Assembly (NCBI GenBank): GCA_963843505.1
Contig: CAWJKR010000009.1
Location: 102,506-166,505, forward strand
Length of the DNA stretch: 64,000 nt
DNA from: Candidatus Aminicenantes bacterium
Lineage (GTDB): Bacteria > Acidobacteriota > Aminicenantia > Aminicenantales > Saccharicenantaceae
Direction of reading: 5' to 3'
Below are positions 40,133 through 51,595 of this stretch, in pieces; positions within the stretch are counted from its first letter, which is position 1; every line of letters starts with the position of its first letter. A program made the position numbers and the translations under genes. The notes beneath the pieces were generated by a model. It was given only the letters and a program-made list of their open reading frames with translations. It had not been told where the DNA came from and made no database searches.

Positions 40133-40785
40133 CCGAGATAGCCTGAGAGACCTTTTCCAGGGATACGTCGATTCAAAGAGGCCCCCATGCCGCAGGAACT
40201 GTCCTGCCTTCATGGCCATGGCCGGCTCTTTCGAGCCCTCCGCTTCCATCCGTGACAAGAAGAGGATCATCGATCATATCTCCGCATGCTCATACTGCAG
40301 GGAAGAATTCATGCTGCTGGTCGAGCTTCGCAAAGCGGAGGCAGAACCGCTCGCGGAAAGAGGGGGGAGCTCTCCCGAGCGCAACTTCGCCCGAAGATAA
40401 CGAAAGGCAAGGGCCATCGTCATCCTCTGCTTTGGCAATACGCCTGTGTTCTCATCGGCCTGGGTCTCGCGTTCACCTCATTCTTCGTGCTCGTCCAAAG
40501 AAAAGAACTCTCGGAGTTCACAGGACGTCGGGGGCGGGGATTCTCACGCTCGCCCCGGAGATCGACCAAGCCCTCTCAGGTCCCATCGTCTTTCGCTGGC
40601 TTGCGGATCCCGACGCCGAATATTACGTCCTCGAGCTGTTCGATGAGGCCCTGTTGCCGGTCTGGGTCAGCGAAAGGATCCACGGCACTCAGATGAGTAT
40701 CCCCCCCGACGTTCGTTCAAGGCTCGAGTTCGGACAGCCCTACTTTTGGATGATCATCGGCCTATGCTCAAGAAACGGCAATTGA
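40122..40785 (+). CDS. Putative zinc-finger anti-sigma factor with one TM segment and a ~100-aa extracytoplasmic domain; two apparent frameshifts
   Basis: The start overlaps the sigma-factor stop by 11 nt. Cys pattern C-x4-C ... HISACSYC. TM segment LLWQYACVLIGLGLAFTSFFVLV. C-terminal domain FRWLADPDAEYYVLELFDEALLPVWVSERI...GQPYFWMI. Confidence 0.6.
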
Positions 40786-40837
40786 AGGAATCCCGTCTGG
40801 CCCGCTTCATCATCAGCCGTCAGAAGAACCCCGGCCC

Positions 40838-43737
40838 TTAGTGGACCATCCTCGCGGCCGAGGGGTCGCCCTGAAGCATAAAGGCCGCCCAAAAGAAGGG
40901 GTGGGCCCATTTCGATCCAAGCATCTTCTTTTTCGCATCACGGAGGGCCTCGTTCGCGGTCTGCCCTCCGATGAGGCCTTTGTAGAATTCGCCCATGAAA
41001 ACGACCGCCGCTTGATCGTTGAGAGTCCAGAGGGAGGCGATGACAGAGCGGGCGCCGGCGAAGAAGAAGGGTCGAGCTACGCCCAGCAATCCCTCCGACC
41101 CCACGAGGAGCCCTTTCCCGGTTTGGCAGGCCGATAAGACGACGAGCTCGGCGTTCATGGACAATCCATAGATCTCCCTCATCTGGAGGAGTCCGTCATC
41201 CTCCGACGCCTCCGCCCGGGAAAGCGCCAAAGCCGACCGAAAGGGATAGCGTTCGTTGAGAAGCCCGTGGCAGGCGAAGTGGATGATCCGGTAGTCCTTC
41301 AGGGAGAGTCTCTTTAGGCCGGATTCGCTGGCGGCATCTCCCGCAAGGACGTCAACGGAACCGGCGGAGAACAGCTTGGCGATGTCGCGAATCTCCTTTT
41401 TACTGAAGGGGAGCGGCGCCAGAGCCGCCCCGCCCAGGACATCCGGCGGTCCGGAGGTCTCACGCCGGCCTGGCGGGCCTCCCTCGACCCGCCTGAATCG
41501 ACCGTCCGATAATTCGGTCCCCCTACGGCCAATACCTCCTTTTTCCAGGAGCGAGGCGTTATCGGGTCCTTGAGCGCGAGGAGGGCCGAGGATGACGGGC
41601 AATAGGAGACGGCCAGATCTTCGACCAGGTAGCTTGTGCCTTTCTCTCCGGGGAGCCGGACGGCTTCAAAGGGAAGATTATGGAGGATCCCATCCGGGAC
41701 GACGATCAGGGCCTTGGCCTTCTTGAGGATTTCGGCCCTATCGAAGGGCATCAGCTCGCGCCCGATCCTCTCGGCGGCCTCGAATCCGGCCCGCGCATCC
41801 GATGACCGGTCGGAGATCAGCTTGAGATAAGCGCGCAGCGAAGACTCGATCTGGCGGCTGGCGGGCAAGACGAGGAGTTGAGCGCTTATTGGAGAAACGA
41901 TAACGAGGTAAGATCGCGGTTCGCCCAGAAAATATTCCAGGAGCACGGCATCCTCAGCATCGAGGACCCGCTGGACTTCGGGGATACTGCTCGTGTCACC
42001 CGGCCCATCTTCACTCATCCTTCCGGCGGTCTTCATCTCTGAGATGAGCCGGATATAGTCTTGTTCGGCGTGCTCCAGCTCGTTCTTCAACGCCTGCGCG
42101 TCTCCGCTGGACAGAGGGCGGCGAGCCAGGGCACGGGTCAGATCCGAGATGTTCCCGGAGATGAATCTCTGGCGTTCCTTCAGAATGGACAGGTCTGGCT
42201 CTGCGATATTGGCCCGGGCTTGGCGTACGCTCTCCAGGAAGGCGCGAGCCTTGGCCCTCTCGATGATATCGAACAGCTCCGCCAAGCACTCCGGGGAAGG
42301 CCGTTCGATCTGCCGGCGGGCCAGGATATGGATCGCGCTTTGGAAAGCCCCGTATTTGTTGCGCGCGAATCCTATCAAGAAAGGGTCCGAGGATATCCGG
42401 GCTCGCAGGCCCTCTATGGTTCCCATGGCCGTCCGGTAAAAGGATAACGCGGACGCGTCATCATTCTTCATCTCGAAGCACTGGCCGAGGCCAACAGAGG
42501 AGGCCACCCGGACATTCTCGAAGGAGTACCGCGAACTCAGCTCGTAGGCCATCCTGTAATACGTCACGGCGTCATCGATATTCTCCTCATCCAGGAACGA
42601 CGCGGCGATATTGCAGAGGACATGGCATCTTTCCAGAACTCGGCTCTGCCCCTCTGCAAACCGCATGGCCTTGGCGAACTGCAGGCGGGCGCTATGGTGC
42701 CTCTTGAGCTCATGGAGAGCGATCCCCATATTGTTGAGCGCCGCAAAGCAGACGACGGGATCCCGGTCTCCAATGTTCTGGAGGGCCAAGCATCTCTCGA
42801 AAGCCTCCATAGCTTGATTCAGATCGGCCGCGCTCCTCTCGTCGAGCCCTTTGCGCAAATACACTGAGCCGATATTATTCAGATCCATGGAGATCGCAGC
42901 CGCGTCCCCTCTCCTTTCGTCCAGCTCCATCGCCCGCAAGAGACAGCCCTGGGCCTGTGTCAGGTCCCCGAGCTCACGGTAGACGAGCCCGAGATTGCTG
43001 AGACACTCGGCCTCTGTTTGCCGGTCATTCGTCGTCCGAGCGGCTGAAAGGGCGTCTTCAAAATACTTGACAGCCTGAGAATAATCATGCCGCTGTTGAT
43101 AATACGCGCCGATGTTATTGAGGCACCGGCCCTGCTCGATCCTATGATTGATCAGCACGGAAATATCCAGGCTTTTTCGGCTGTTCTCGGCGAACAATTC
43201 GATCTTGCGCATTTCCAGGTAGGTCAACGACTGCTGGCGCAGGCATTTGAGCTGAAGGTCCGGGATCCCGATCTCCCGACCCAATAAGCAGGCGGCCTCG
43301 AATCTCTCTATGGACCGATAGAAGAGCGACGCCTTCCTGTCCTCTTTGCCCTGATTGTAGAATCTGATCAGCTCCAGGCACTTGGCGCAGAATTCGTGGG
43401 ACCTGGGGTCTTTCGCCTTCAAGAAGGCCGCGGCGGCTTCGCCAAAATAGCGCTCGGATTCAGCGATGTCCCCAAGGTCCCACTTGAGGAGGCCCATCCG
43501 AAGAAGGCATTTTGCCTGATAGCCGTGCCGTTGATCCCCGCGAGCCAAAGTAAGGGCGCGCTGCAGGGCGGCGAACGACTCTTCGTATTCGCCTTGAGAT
43601 CTCAGCAACGCCGCCTGAAGGAACGGAAGCTGGAGCGGTTGCCGCTCCGGAGGGATCGGTGATATTCGGCTCTCGCCTGGAAATAGGAAGAAGACAAGAG
43701 CCAGGATCTCGGGGAGACCCATCACGGAACCCTCCAT
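40838..43737 (-). CDS. TPR-repeat plus CHAT (caspase-like) protease domain protein; one apparent frameshift near 41460
   Basis: About 600 aa of TPR repeats (track ORF 41314-43737). The CHAT domain follows, with His context IIHFACHG and Cys context VVLSACQTG (track ORF 40838-41602). There is a hydrophobic N-terminal segment ILALVFFLF. Confidence 0.8.
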
Positions 43738-43844
43738 AGCCGAGGCCGAGTGACCTGGCCTGTATTATATTTAGCCTGCCCCAGGGAATCAACGCCGGCC
43801 AGGCGGATTACGGCATGCATTCGCACCTCAGATGCCAGGTTCCA

Positions 43845-43873
43845 TTGCCTTCCCCCCTCCCTCCCCCTATAAT
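43845..43873 (+). promoter_or_regulatory. Putative sigma70-type promoter for the second DUF362 gene
   Basis: TTGCCT, 17-nt spacer, TATAAT. CAGGAGG RBS before the ATG at 43903. Confidence 0.4.
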
Positions 43874-43902
43874 GCTCCCATCCCTTATCCCCAGGAGGCC
43901 CC

Positions 43903-45133
43903 ATGCGCAAAGACGACATCATGACCCTTACAGGAGAAAAAGACGCTTGTCCGTCGGATAAATTCTCACGGCGGAAGTTTTTCGGCACGGCCGCCATGGC
44001 CGCCGCCGGGGCGGCCCTGGCCCCGCGCCTGCTCGCCCAGGAGAAGGTCCAGGAGCGAAAAGCCGCCGGCCGCTCCCCCGGCCGAGATCAAGACCAATAT
44101 CGACGAGGTGCGGGGGATCCCCAGGGTCGCGACCTCGCTCCCCGGGAAATACCCCGGCAAGGTGGTCAGGGTCAAGACCGGGGCGAACCCCGTCGGGCAG
44201 AAGATCGACGGGGCCCGGGTGGCGCGCGAGATCGAGGCCGGCATGGCCAAGCTCACCGGGGAAAAGGACATGGGCAAGGCCTGGGGGCAGTTCGTCGGGC
44301 CCAAGGACGTCGTCGGCATCAAGGTCAATCCCATCGGGGGGAATATCCTCTCGACCAAGCCCGAGGTCGTGGACGCCGTCATCGCCGGGCTCCTGGCCGC
44401 GGGGGTGAAGAAAGAGAACATCGTCATCTGGGACCGGCGCCACTTCCAGCTCCAGGAGGCCGGGTTCACGCCCGAGCGCTTCCCCGGCATCCGCATCATG
44501 GGCACGGAGATGAAGGGCCCCAACGGGGAATTCTACGACGACAAGGGCGAGCTCTGGGCCAAGGACAACATCGACCGCGAGGCCCTGCCCTACGTCGCCG
44601 AGGTCGAGATGAAGTACGACAAGGAGCTCATGGGCTACATGCTCAACGAGGGCAAGAGCTCCTACTTCACGAGGATCGTCACGGAGACGGTGACCAAGAT
44701 CGTCAACGTCCCCATCCTCAAGAACGCCGGGGCGACGACGACCTGCTGCCTCAAGAACCTGTCCTACGGCTCGATCAGCAACACCTCGCGCCTGCACAAG
44801 CTCTGGATGAAGTCGGTCGTCGAGCCGTGCGCCTTCCCGGTCCTGCGGGACAAGGTCGTCCTCAACGTCGTCGACGGGCTCCAGGCCTGCTACGACGGCG
44901 GCCCCGGGGCCAACCCCAAGTTCATCTACGACTCGAACGTCCTCCTCTTCGGGACCGACCCCGTGGCCGTCGACGCCGTGGCCCACGACATCATCGTCAA
45001 GGAGCGGATCGCCCGGGGCACGCAGCAGGTGGACGACCCGCGGCGGCGGAGCGCCGCCTTCCTGGACCTCGCCGAGAAGCTGGGGCTGGGCGTCGCGGCC
45101 AGGGACAAGATCGCGATCAGCGAGGTGGGTTAG
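43903..45133 (+). CDS. DUF362-like protein with twin-arginine signal (paralogue of 11906-12937); one apparent frameshift near 44075
   Basis: Tat motif SRRKFFGTAAMAAAGAA. The remainder is intact in track ORF 44108-45133 (VVGIKVNPIGG..., TTTCCLKNLSYGS..., GTDPVAVDAVAHD). Confidence 0.6.
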
Positions 45134-45241
45134 AACGCCCCCGGCTCGCCTCGGGGGGACGCGAACTTGCGGCCGTCCGGACGCTCGGCTATGATGGACG
45201 TGCAGAGGGATTCATCGAGCCCGCCGAGAGGAGGTTCTCCC

Positions 45242-46352
45242 ATGAAATCGCGCGGATTGGATTCGTCGGACTCGGCCTGGCGGCGGTGCTCCTCGCGGGT
45301 GCAGCACGGAGGACGGGGAGACGGGCTACAAGTATTTCGTCTATGTGACGGAGGCCGGCTCGGGGAAGGTCTCGGCCTTTTCCATGAGGGCCGGCTCGGG
45401 CGCGTTGAGCGCCCTCACGGGTTCGCCTTTCGCCGCGGGGACAGAGCCCCGGTCCGTCGCGGCCGATCCGTCGGGCAAGTTCCTCTACGTGGCCAACTAT
45501 TTTCCCGACAACGTCTCGGCCTACGCCATCGACGCCGCCACGGGGGAGCTGGCGGCCGTCCCGGGCTCGCCTTTCCCGGCGGGGCTCGGGCCCTACGCCG
45601 TGACGGTCGAGCCGCTGGGCAAGTTCGCCTACGTGGCCAACGCGGACAGCGCCAACGTCTGGCCCTATCTCATCGACCCGGACACGGGCGCCTTGGCCCC
45701 CTACGGCTCGCTGGCGGCCCCGGCGGGCATCCACCCGAGCTCCCTGACGGCCGATCCGACGGGCAAGTTCCTTTACGCGGCCAACGAGTATTCGGGCCAT
45801 ATCTCCGGCTATGCGATCAACACCGGCTCGGGTGAATTGGCGCCCGTGCCGGGCTCGCCGTTCGCCACGGGAGGCTATCCCAGGACGATCGTGATCGACC
45901 CCGGCGGCAAGTTCGCCTATGTGGCCAACAGCGCCTCGCGAAACGTCTCGGCCTTCGCCGTCGACGCGACGACGGGCGCGCTGACGGTGATCCCCGGCTC
46001 GCCTTATGCCGCGGGCGACAACCCCGTGTCCGTCGCGGTCGACCCGACGGGGAAGTTCGTCTACGTGGCCAACCGGGATTCCAGCAACGTGTCGGCCTAT
46101 TCCATCAACGCGACCACGGGCGGGCTCGTGGGCATCACGGGCTCCCCTTTCGCGGCCGGGGCCGGGCCCAGCGCCATCGCGGTCGACCCGTCGGGTAAAT
46201 TCGTCTTCGTGGCGAATTATTGGACAGACGACATCACGGCCTTTTCCCTCGACTCGGCGACGGGAGCCCTGACGGAGCTGGGCGGCTCGCCCTACGAGGT
46301 TCCGGTCGGGGCGCACCCCTCGGCGATCATTGCCATTCGGATAGCGCAATAG
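45242..46352 (+). CDS. Lactonase-like seven-bladed beta-propeller lipoprotein; two frameshifts within the signal peptide region
   Basis: GGAGG RBS and ATG at 45242. GLGLAAVLLAG-C lipobox recovered across frames. Seven repeats of the pattern GKF.YVAN.....V..Y.I....G.L. Confidence 0.65.
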
Positions 46353-46358
46353 GGACGA

Positions 46359-47168
46359 TCAGGGGGCGAAGCAGGCCCGGGCCGCGATCGAGGCGCGGAC
46401 CTCGGAGCGCGGGTCAGCCGCCGAAACGGCCTTGAGGGAGAAGCGCTCGACGACCCAGAGGCCGGGAAGCCCGGCCAGGCCGCGGAGATAGCCGGCGACT
46501 TCGTTCCAACCCCCCTGGACTTCGATCGCGACAGGCAGCTCGACGGTGAATTCCCCGACGGCCTCGGCCCCCGGCGCGAACTTGGTCATACGCAGGCCCG
46601 CGTCGAGCACGAGCCGCTGGATCTCGCGCAGCGTCGCGGCGCTGTCCTGGCGGGCCGGGAGCGCCTTTTCGAGCTCGGCGAGACGGGCGGCCGGGTCCGG
46701 CCCGGCCGAAGCGGCTTCGCGCCCGGGATCCGCCGCGACGGCCTCGAGCGTGAATTCCCAGGATTCCCGGCCCTTTGTCGTTTTCATGACGGAGCCGCCG
46801 AGCCTCAGGTCCGCAAGCGACGGGCTGTCGCCGAGGCGGGCGATATAATCGGCCAGGAGGTTATTGGACGGGGCGATCCCCTTGACCCGGACCTTCCCGG
46901 CGTCATAGGAGACTTCGGTCAGCCGGACGCGGTCCGGCAGGGCCGACATCAGGTCTTCGATGACGCGGCCGGCCACGGGACGCCGGGCCAGCAGGCCTTC
47001 GATGTGCTCGATCTTGCGCTCGACGGCCGCCGCCTCGTCCTTATCGGAGGGGCGGGAGCCCGAAGAAGACGGGCCGGACGGACAAGCCATGAGCGCGATG
47101 CAGGCGCCCAGGCAAAACAAGACAGCTCTTCCTGCTGCCTGCGCTTTCTCTCCGCTTTTCTTTTTCAT
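46359..47168 (-). CDS. PilN-like/PilO-like fusion lipoprotein, orphan
   Basis: Signal VLFCLGACIALMAC. VRLTEVSYDAGKVRVKGIAPSNNLLADYIARL (PilN-like). TVELPVAIEVQGGWNEVAGYLRGLAGLPGLWVVERFSL (PilO-like). Confidence 0.45.
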   Translation of the reverse strand: MKKKSGEKAQAAGRAVLFCLGACIALMACPSGPSSSGSRPSDKDEAAAVERKIEHIEGLLARRPVAGRVIEDLMSALPDRVRLTEVSYDAGKVRVKGIAPSNNLLADYIARLGDSPSLADLRLGGSVMKTTKGRESWEFTLEAVAADPGREAASAGPDPAARLAELEKALPARQDSAATLREIQRLVLDAGLRMTKFAPGAEAVGEFTVELPVAIEVQGGWNEVAGYLRGLAGLPGLWVVERFSLKAVSAADPRSEVRASIAARACFAP

Positions 47169-47260
47169 GATGCCTCTTTTTAGTCGGATGAGAAGCCGGA
47201 CGAGACGGACTCCCCCCAGGAAACGTCTATTATTGTCCGAGGCCAAGGACCCGCCGAAAC

Positions 47261-47297
47261 TTGACGACCTATTCTTTACTTTATATAATATGTAAAG
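47261..47297 (+). promoter_or_regulatory. Promoter with embedded operator-like inverted repeat for the AbrB-VapC operon
   Basis: TTGACG (47261-47266), 17-nt spacer, TATAAT (47284-47289). CTTTAC (47274-47279) and GTAAAG (47292-47297) bracket the -10. Confidence 0.55.
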
Positions 47298-47325
47298 CAT
47301 TTATAATTGAGTAAAGGATTAGTCC

Positions 47326-47565
47326 ATGACGACAGCAACGGTGTCCTCGAAAAGCCAGATCACCCTTCCGGCGGCGGCCTGCCGCGAGGCCGGCATCAAG
47401 CCGCACGACCGCGTGCTCGTCGAGGTCCGGGACGGGGTCATCGTCATCCGCTCCGCGCCCGACCTGATGGACTTCAAGGGCTCTTTGGGAAAAGCCCTGC
47501 CCCGGGAGGTCGAGATCAAGAAGGCGAAAAGGGCGGTGGCGGACCGCCTCAGGAAGGCGTCGTGA
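47326..47565 (+). CDS. vapB: AbrB/SpoVT-type VapB antitoxin
   Basis: VSSKSQITLPAAACREAGIKPHDRVLVEV is a swapped-hairpin motif. AAGGA RBS. Confidence 0.8.
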   Translation: MTTATVSSKSQITLPAAACREAGIKPHDRVLVEVRDGVIVIRSAPDLMDFKGSLGKALPREVEIKKAKRAVADRLRKAS

Positions 47566-47969
47566 GATCCTGGTTCGTCGACGCCAACGTCTTCCTTCGC
47601 TTTCTCACGGTGGACGACGAGGGCCAGCACCACAAGGCCGCGCGCCTCTTCGAAGCGGCCGTCCGGGGAGAATGCCTATTGGTCACGGGCCCTCCCGTCC
47701 TCTTCGAGCTGGCCTGGACGCTCCGTTCGGCCTACAAGGTCCCCCGGGAACGCTCTCTGGAGATCCTGAGCGCGGTCTTCGCCATGCCGGGCCTGACCCT
47801 GACGGACGCTCCCCTCGTCGCCGAGGCGCTGACCCTCGCTTCGGCGACCGGGTCGGAATTCGCCGACGCCTACGTCGCCGCGAGCGCCCGGGCGACCGGC
47901 TCGTCAGGGGTGGCGACGTTCAACCGCAAGGACTTCACCCGCCTCGGCGTCGAACAGGCGCAGCTCTAG
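47562..47969 (+). CDS. vapC: PIN-domain toxin VapC
   Basis: GTG start overlaps the antitoxin stop (GTGA). WFVDANVFLRFL...FELAW...FADAYVAASA...TFNRKDF is the PIN acidic-residue pattern. Confidence 0.8.
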   Translation: MRSWFVDANVFLRFLTVDDEGQHHKAARLFEAAVRGECLLVTGPPVLFELAWTLRSAYKVPRERSLEILSAVFAMPGLTLTDAPLVAEALTLASATGSEFADAYVAASARATGSSGVATFNRKDFTRLGVEQAQL

Positions 47970-48070
47970 GCCGCCTTCCCTTCCCGGATCCCCGCTGAGA
48001 CAACGCGCGCTCATGGATCGTCTATTCCTGCATGGGGACTGGCGAGCTTATCGGCGCGTCGCGATTGACT

Positions 48071-48094
48071 AAGCGTACGCAATATAGTACGCTT
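48071..48094. promoter_or_regulatory. Operator-like palindrome upstream of yefM
   Basis: AAGCGTAC, 8-nt spacer, GTACGCTT: a perfect 8-bp inverted repeat containing GTAC cores, 19 nt upstream of the yefM ATG. Confidence 0.45.
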
Positions 48095-48112
48095 TGGACG
48101 GAGGTCACCGCG

Positions 48113-48355
48113 ATGACGACTCTAACGGCCAGCAAAGCCCGGGCGCGGCTCTATAAGCTCCTCGACCAGGCCGCCTCTTCCCACGAGCCCATCCAGATCA
48201 CGGGGAAGAGAGCCAACGCCGTTCTTGTCTCCGAGGACGACTGGCGGTCCGTCCAGGAAACGCTCTATCTCGTCTCGATCCCGGGGATGCGCGCGTCCAT
48301 CCGCAGGGGACTGAAGGAGCCCGTCGAGAAGTGCCAGCCCGACCTGAAGTGGTGA
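48113..48355 (+). CDS. yefM: Phd/YefM-family antitoxin
   Basis: LTASKARARLYKLLDQAASSHEPIQITGKRANAVLVSEDDWRSVQETLYL. GGAGG RBS. Confidence 0.85.
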   Translation: MTTLTASKARARLYKLLDQAASSHEPIQITGKRANAVLVSEDDWRSVQETLYLVSIPGMRASIRRGLKEPVEKCQPDLKW

Positions 48356-48615
48356 GATGGCGGGTCGTCTACACCCGCCAGGCCCAACGGGACGCCAAGA
48401 AGCTGGCCACCTCCGGCCTGCGCCCGAAGGCAGAGGTCCTGCTCGAGATCCTGGCCGAGGACCCGTTCAAGGACCCCCCGCCTTTCGAAAAGCTCGTGGG
48501 GGACCTGACCGGCGCTTATTCCCGGCGCATCAACATCCACAACCGGCTCGTCTACCAGGTGCTGTCCGATATCCGGACAGTCAAGGTCATCCGGATGTGG
48601 ACCCACTACGAATGA
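48352..48615 (+). CDS. yoeB: YoeB/Txe-family toxin
   Basis: GTGA overlap with the yefM stop. DPFKDPPPFEKLVGDLTGAYSRRINIHNRLVYQV...VKVIRMWTHYE is the typical YoeB C-terminus. Confidence 0.85.
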   Translation: MRWRVVYTRQAQRDAKKLATSGLRPKAEVLLEILAEDPFKDPPPFEKLVGDLTGAYSRRINIHNRLVYQVLSDIRTVKVIRMWTHYE

Positions 48616-48735
48616 AGATGTCCGGTCCCGGACGGAGGTTGATCCGAATCCGGACGGTCGGCCGGCCCGGCCCGCCTTCTCCTGGGGCTCTCACTTGGCA
48701 TGCCGATTGCAATGACGAGGCCAAGGGAGACGACC

Positions 48736-51179
48736 ATGATCTCGAGCTATGTCAAAGTGGCCGTGCGCAGCATGGCCAGGCACAAGGCCCTGTCCGCCAT
48801 CAACATCCTCGGGCTGTCCGTCGGCATCGCCTGCTTCACGCTGTTCATGCTGAACGCGGTCAACGAGTTCAGCTTCGACCGGCAGCACGCCAACGCCGAC
48901 CGGATCTTCCGGGCCTATCGGTGGACCGCGGCCTCGCAAGGGGACAGCGGGGAAAGCGATCCCTATCTGCCCATGCCGCTCGGTCCCGCCCTCAAGAAGG
49001 ACCTGGCCGATGTCGAGGAGTTCGTCCGGTTCCAGGACCCCTGGGCCGAGGATTTCGTCCGGGCGGACGGCCCGGTGACGCGCATGGGCGTCACCTACGC
49101 CGACCTTAGCGTGTTCGACGTCTTTTCCTTCCCCCTGAAATACGGCGATCCCAAGGCGGCCCTGGCGGACCTCAGGAGCGTCGTCCTGACGGAGCGCGCG
49201 GCCTCCCGGCTGTTCGGAGCCGAGAATCCCGTCGGCCGGCGCCTGGAGATCAAGCGCGAAGACGCCTTCGAGCCTTTCACGGTGACGGCCGTGGCCGTAG
49301 ATCCGCCCGAGAATTCGAGCTTCCGGTTCGACATTCTGGTTAGCTTCGAGTTCCTGACCGAGACGCCCTACGGGCGGCGGGCCCGTGATAACTGGTTCCA
49401 TTCCGCCTTTCAGACGTACGTCCTGCTGCGGCCCGGGAGCCGCCTGGCGGAAGACCCGCAGCCGCTGCGCGCCCTCCGCCATAACTATTATCCGGACGAG
49501 GAAGAGGAATCGAGGAAGAGCGGCCGGTGGACGGGCTCCGAACCGCCGGTCAGGTATCGTCTGCAGCCTCTCCTCGCGATGCACACGGACCCGAAGATGC
49601 GGGGCGGAGTCGTTCCCTCCGTCGACCCGAGGTCCATCTGGGCCATGCTGGCCATCGCCGGCAGCGTCCTGCTCATCGCCTGCATCAATTTCACGACCCT
49701 GGCCATCGGCCGTTCGGCCGGGCGGGCTCGAGAGGTCGTCATTCGCCGGGTGGTCGGAGGCCAGAGGAAGCAGCTGGTCTTTCAATTCCTGTCCGAGGCC
49801 ATGATCATGAGCCTCACGGCCGGGGTGATCGGACTGGGACTGGCGCAGCTCCTGCTGCCCTATTTCAACGCCCTGGCGGGCAAGCACCTGACGTTATCCC
49901 TCGGGCTCTATCCGGAGATCGGACCCCTCTTCCCGGGCCTCGTGATCTTCGCCGGACTGCTGGCCGGCGGCTATCCCGGCGCTCGCGTTGTCGAGCCTTC
50001 GGCCGGTCGAGATCTTGAGAAAGAAGATCCATCTCGGCGGCTCGAACCTCTTCACCCGGGCCCTGGTCACCCTGCAATTCGCGCTCTCGGTGGCCCTGAT
50101 CATCTGCACTCTGGTCATTCTCGGCCAGCTGCGCTTCATGCGGTCAGACATCGCCGGGCTTCGACAAGGAGAACGTCGTGAGCGTGCACGCGGAGGGGAC
50201 TCCGGCCGACCGGCTCTTCCCGCTGTTCCGCCAGTCCGTCCGGGGGAAGCCGGGGATCGTCGACGCGACCGGTTCCGACCTGGGCCTCGGCGAGGGCACG
50301 GGCTGGAGCCGGACGGGCTGGGACTACGAAGGCCGCCACAAGGACACCTTCGAATATTTCGTCGAGGACAACTACCTCGCGGTCATGGGCATGGAGCTCC
50401 GGGCGGGCAGGGATTTCGACCCGGCCATTCGGGCGGACTCCTTGACGTCCGTCATCGTCAACGAGGCCTTCGTCAGGGATATCGGCTGGACGAACGAGCA
50501 GGCGGTCGGCCAGCGACTGACGGGCTACACGGAAAAGCCCGAGAACACGCCGGTCATTATCGGCGTCGTCAAAGATTTTCACTTCCGCCCGTTCGGCGAA
50601 GAGATGAAGCCGCAGCTCTTCAATCGTTTCCCCGGGTCCCCGACGCGCAGGTTCTTCGTCCGCATCCGGCCCGGCGACCCGCGGCCGGCCCTCGAGGTCC
50701 TGCGGGGGGTTTGGCGCCAGCTCGTTCCGGACCTCCCCTTCGCCTACAGCTTTCTCGACGAAGACCTCGACGCCTTCTACAGATCGGAGACCCGCCAGGC
50801 CGCGGTGGTCGGCTGGGCCGGGGGCATTTCGATCTTCTTGGGCTGCCTCGGCCTGTTCGGGCTGGCCGCGCTGGCCGCCGTCAATCGCACCAAGGAGATC
50901 GGCATCCGCAAGGTGCTGGGCGCGACGTCGGCCCACGTCACGGCTCTCCTCTCGAGGGACTTCATCCGGTTGGTCTTGATCGCCAACCTCGTCGCCTGGC
51001 CGGTGGCCTGGGTGGCGATGAACGGCTGGCTTCGGAATTTCGCCTATCGGATCGGCCTGCAGTGGTGGGTGTTCGCGCTGGCCGGGGGGCTGTCGCTGCT
51101 CATCGCCCTGTTGACGGTCGGCTCCCAGGCCATGCGCTCGGCGGCGGCCAACCCGGTGGAGACGCTGAGGAACGAGTGA
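48736..51179 (+). CDS. Duplicated FtsX/MacB-type ABC transporter permease; two apparent frameshifts (~49990, ~50165)
   Basis: MISSYVKVAVRSMARHKALSAINILGLSVGIA N-terminus. Two FtsX-like four-helix modules (…RAREVVIRRVVGGQRKQL… and …RTKEIGIRKVLGATSAHV…), each preceded by a large periplasmic domain. Confidence 0.75.
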
Positions 51180-51205
51180 GCCGCGGCGGCCGGCGCCGCG
51201 GGGCC

Positions 51206-51563
51206 TTAGGATTCGACCAGGACCTTGAAGCCGCCCCAGGTCATGCGCTTGACGTCGAAGGGCATCGATTTCACGTCCATCTCCAGGCGCGGGTCATTCA
51301 TGACCTTGGGGACGATCTTGTCGCGCTGGGCCTTCGATTTGTACACGATCCAGGAGAAAACGATCGTTTCGCCGCGCTTGGGCTTGGCCATTTGGATGAA
51401 GGTCATGCCGCCCCAGGACGAGGCGATGTCGTCGCCGACGCACTCCTTGTAATCGAGGGCGCCGTACTCGCGCCAGATCTTGCCCGGCTTTCGCGGCCAT
51501 CCGCCGGTAGGCCGCCAGGTTCTTTTTCGGAACACACAGGACAAATCCGTCGACATATTTCAT
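51206..51563 (-). CDS. DUF1428-like small protein; one apparent frameshift near 51480
   Basis: MKYVDGFVLCVPKKNLAAYRRMAAKAG (one frame) joins KIWREYGALDYKECVGDD...MPFDVKRMTWGGFKVLV (track ORF 51206-51556). Confidence 0.55.
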
Positions 51564-51595
51564 CTCATGACTCTCCTTTGAGAAGTTGTGGCCTC

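Noticed and set aside
46359-47168. Annotating a type IV pilus operon
   Set aside because: Only a single PilN/PilO-like fusion is present. No other pilus components are in the window.
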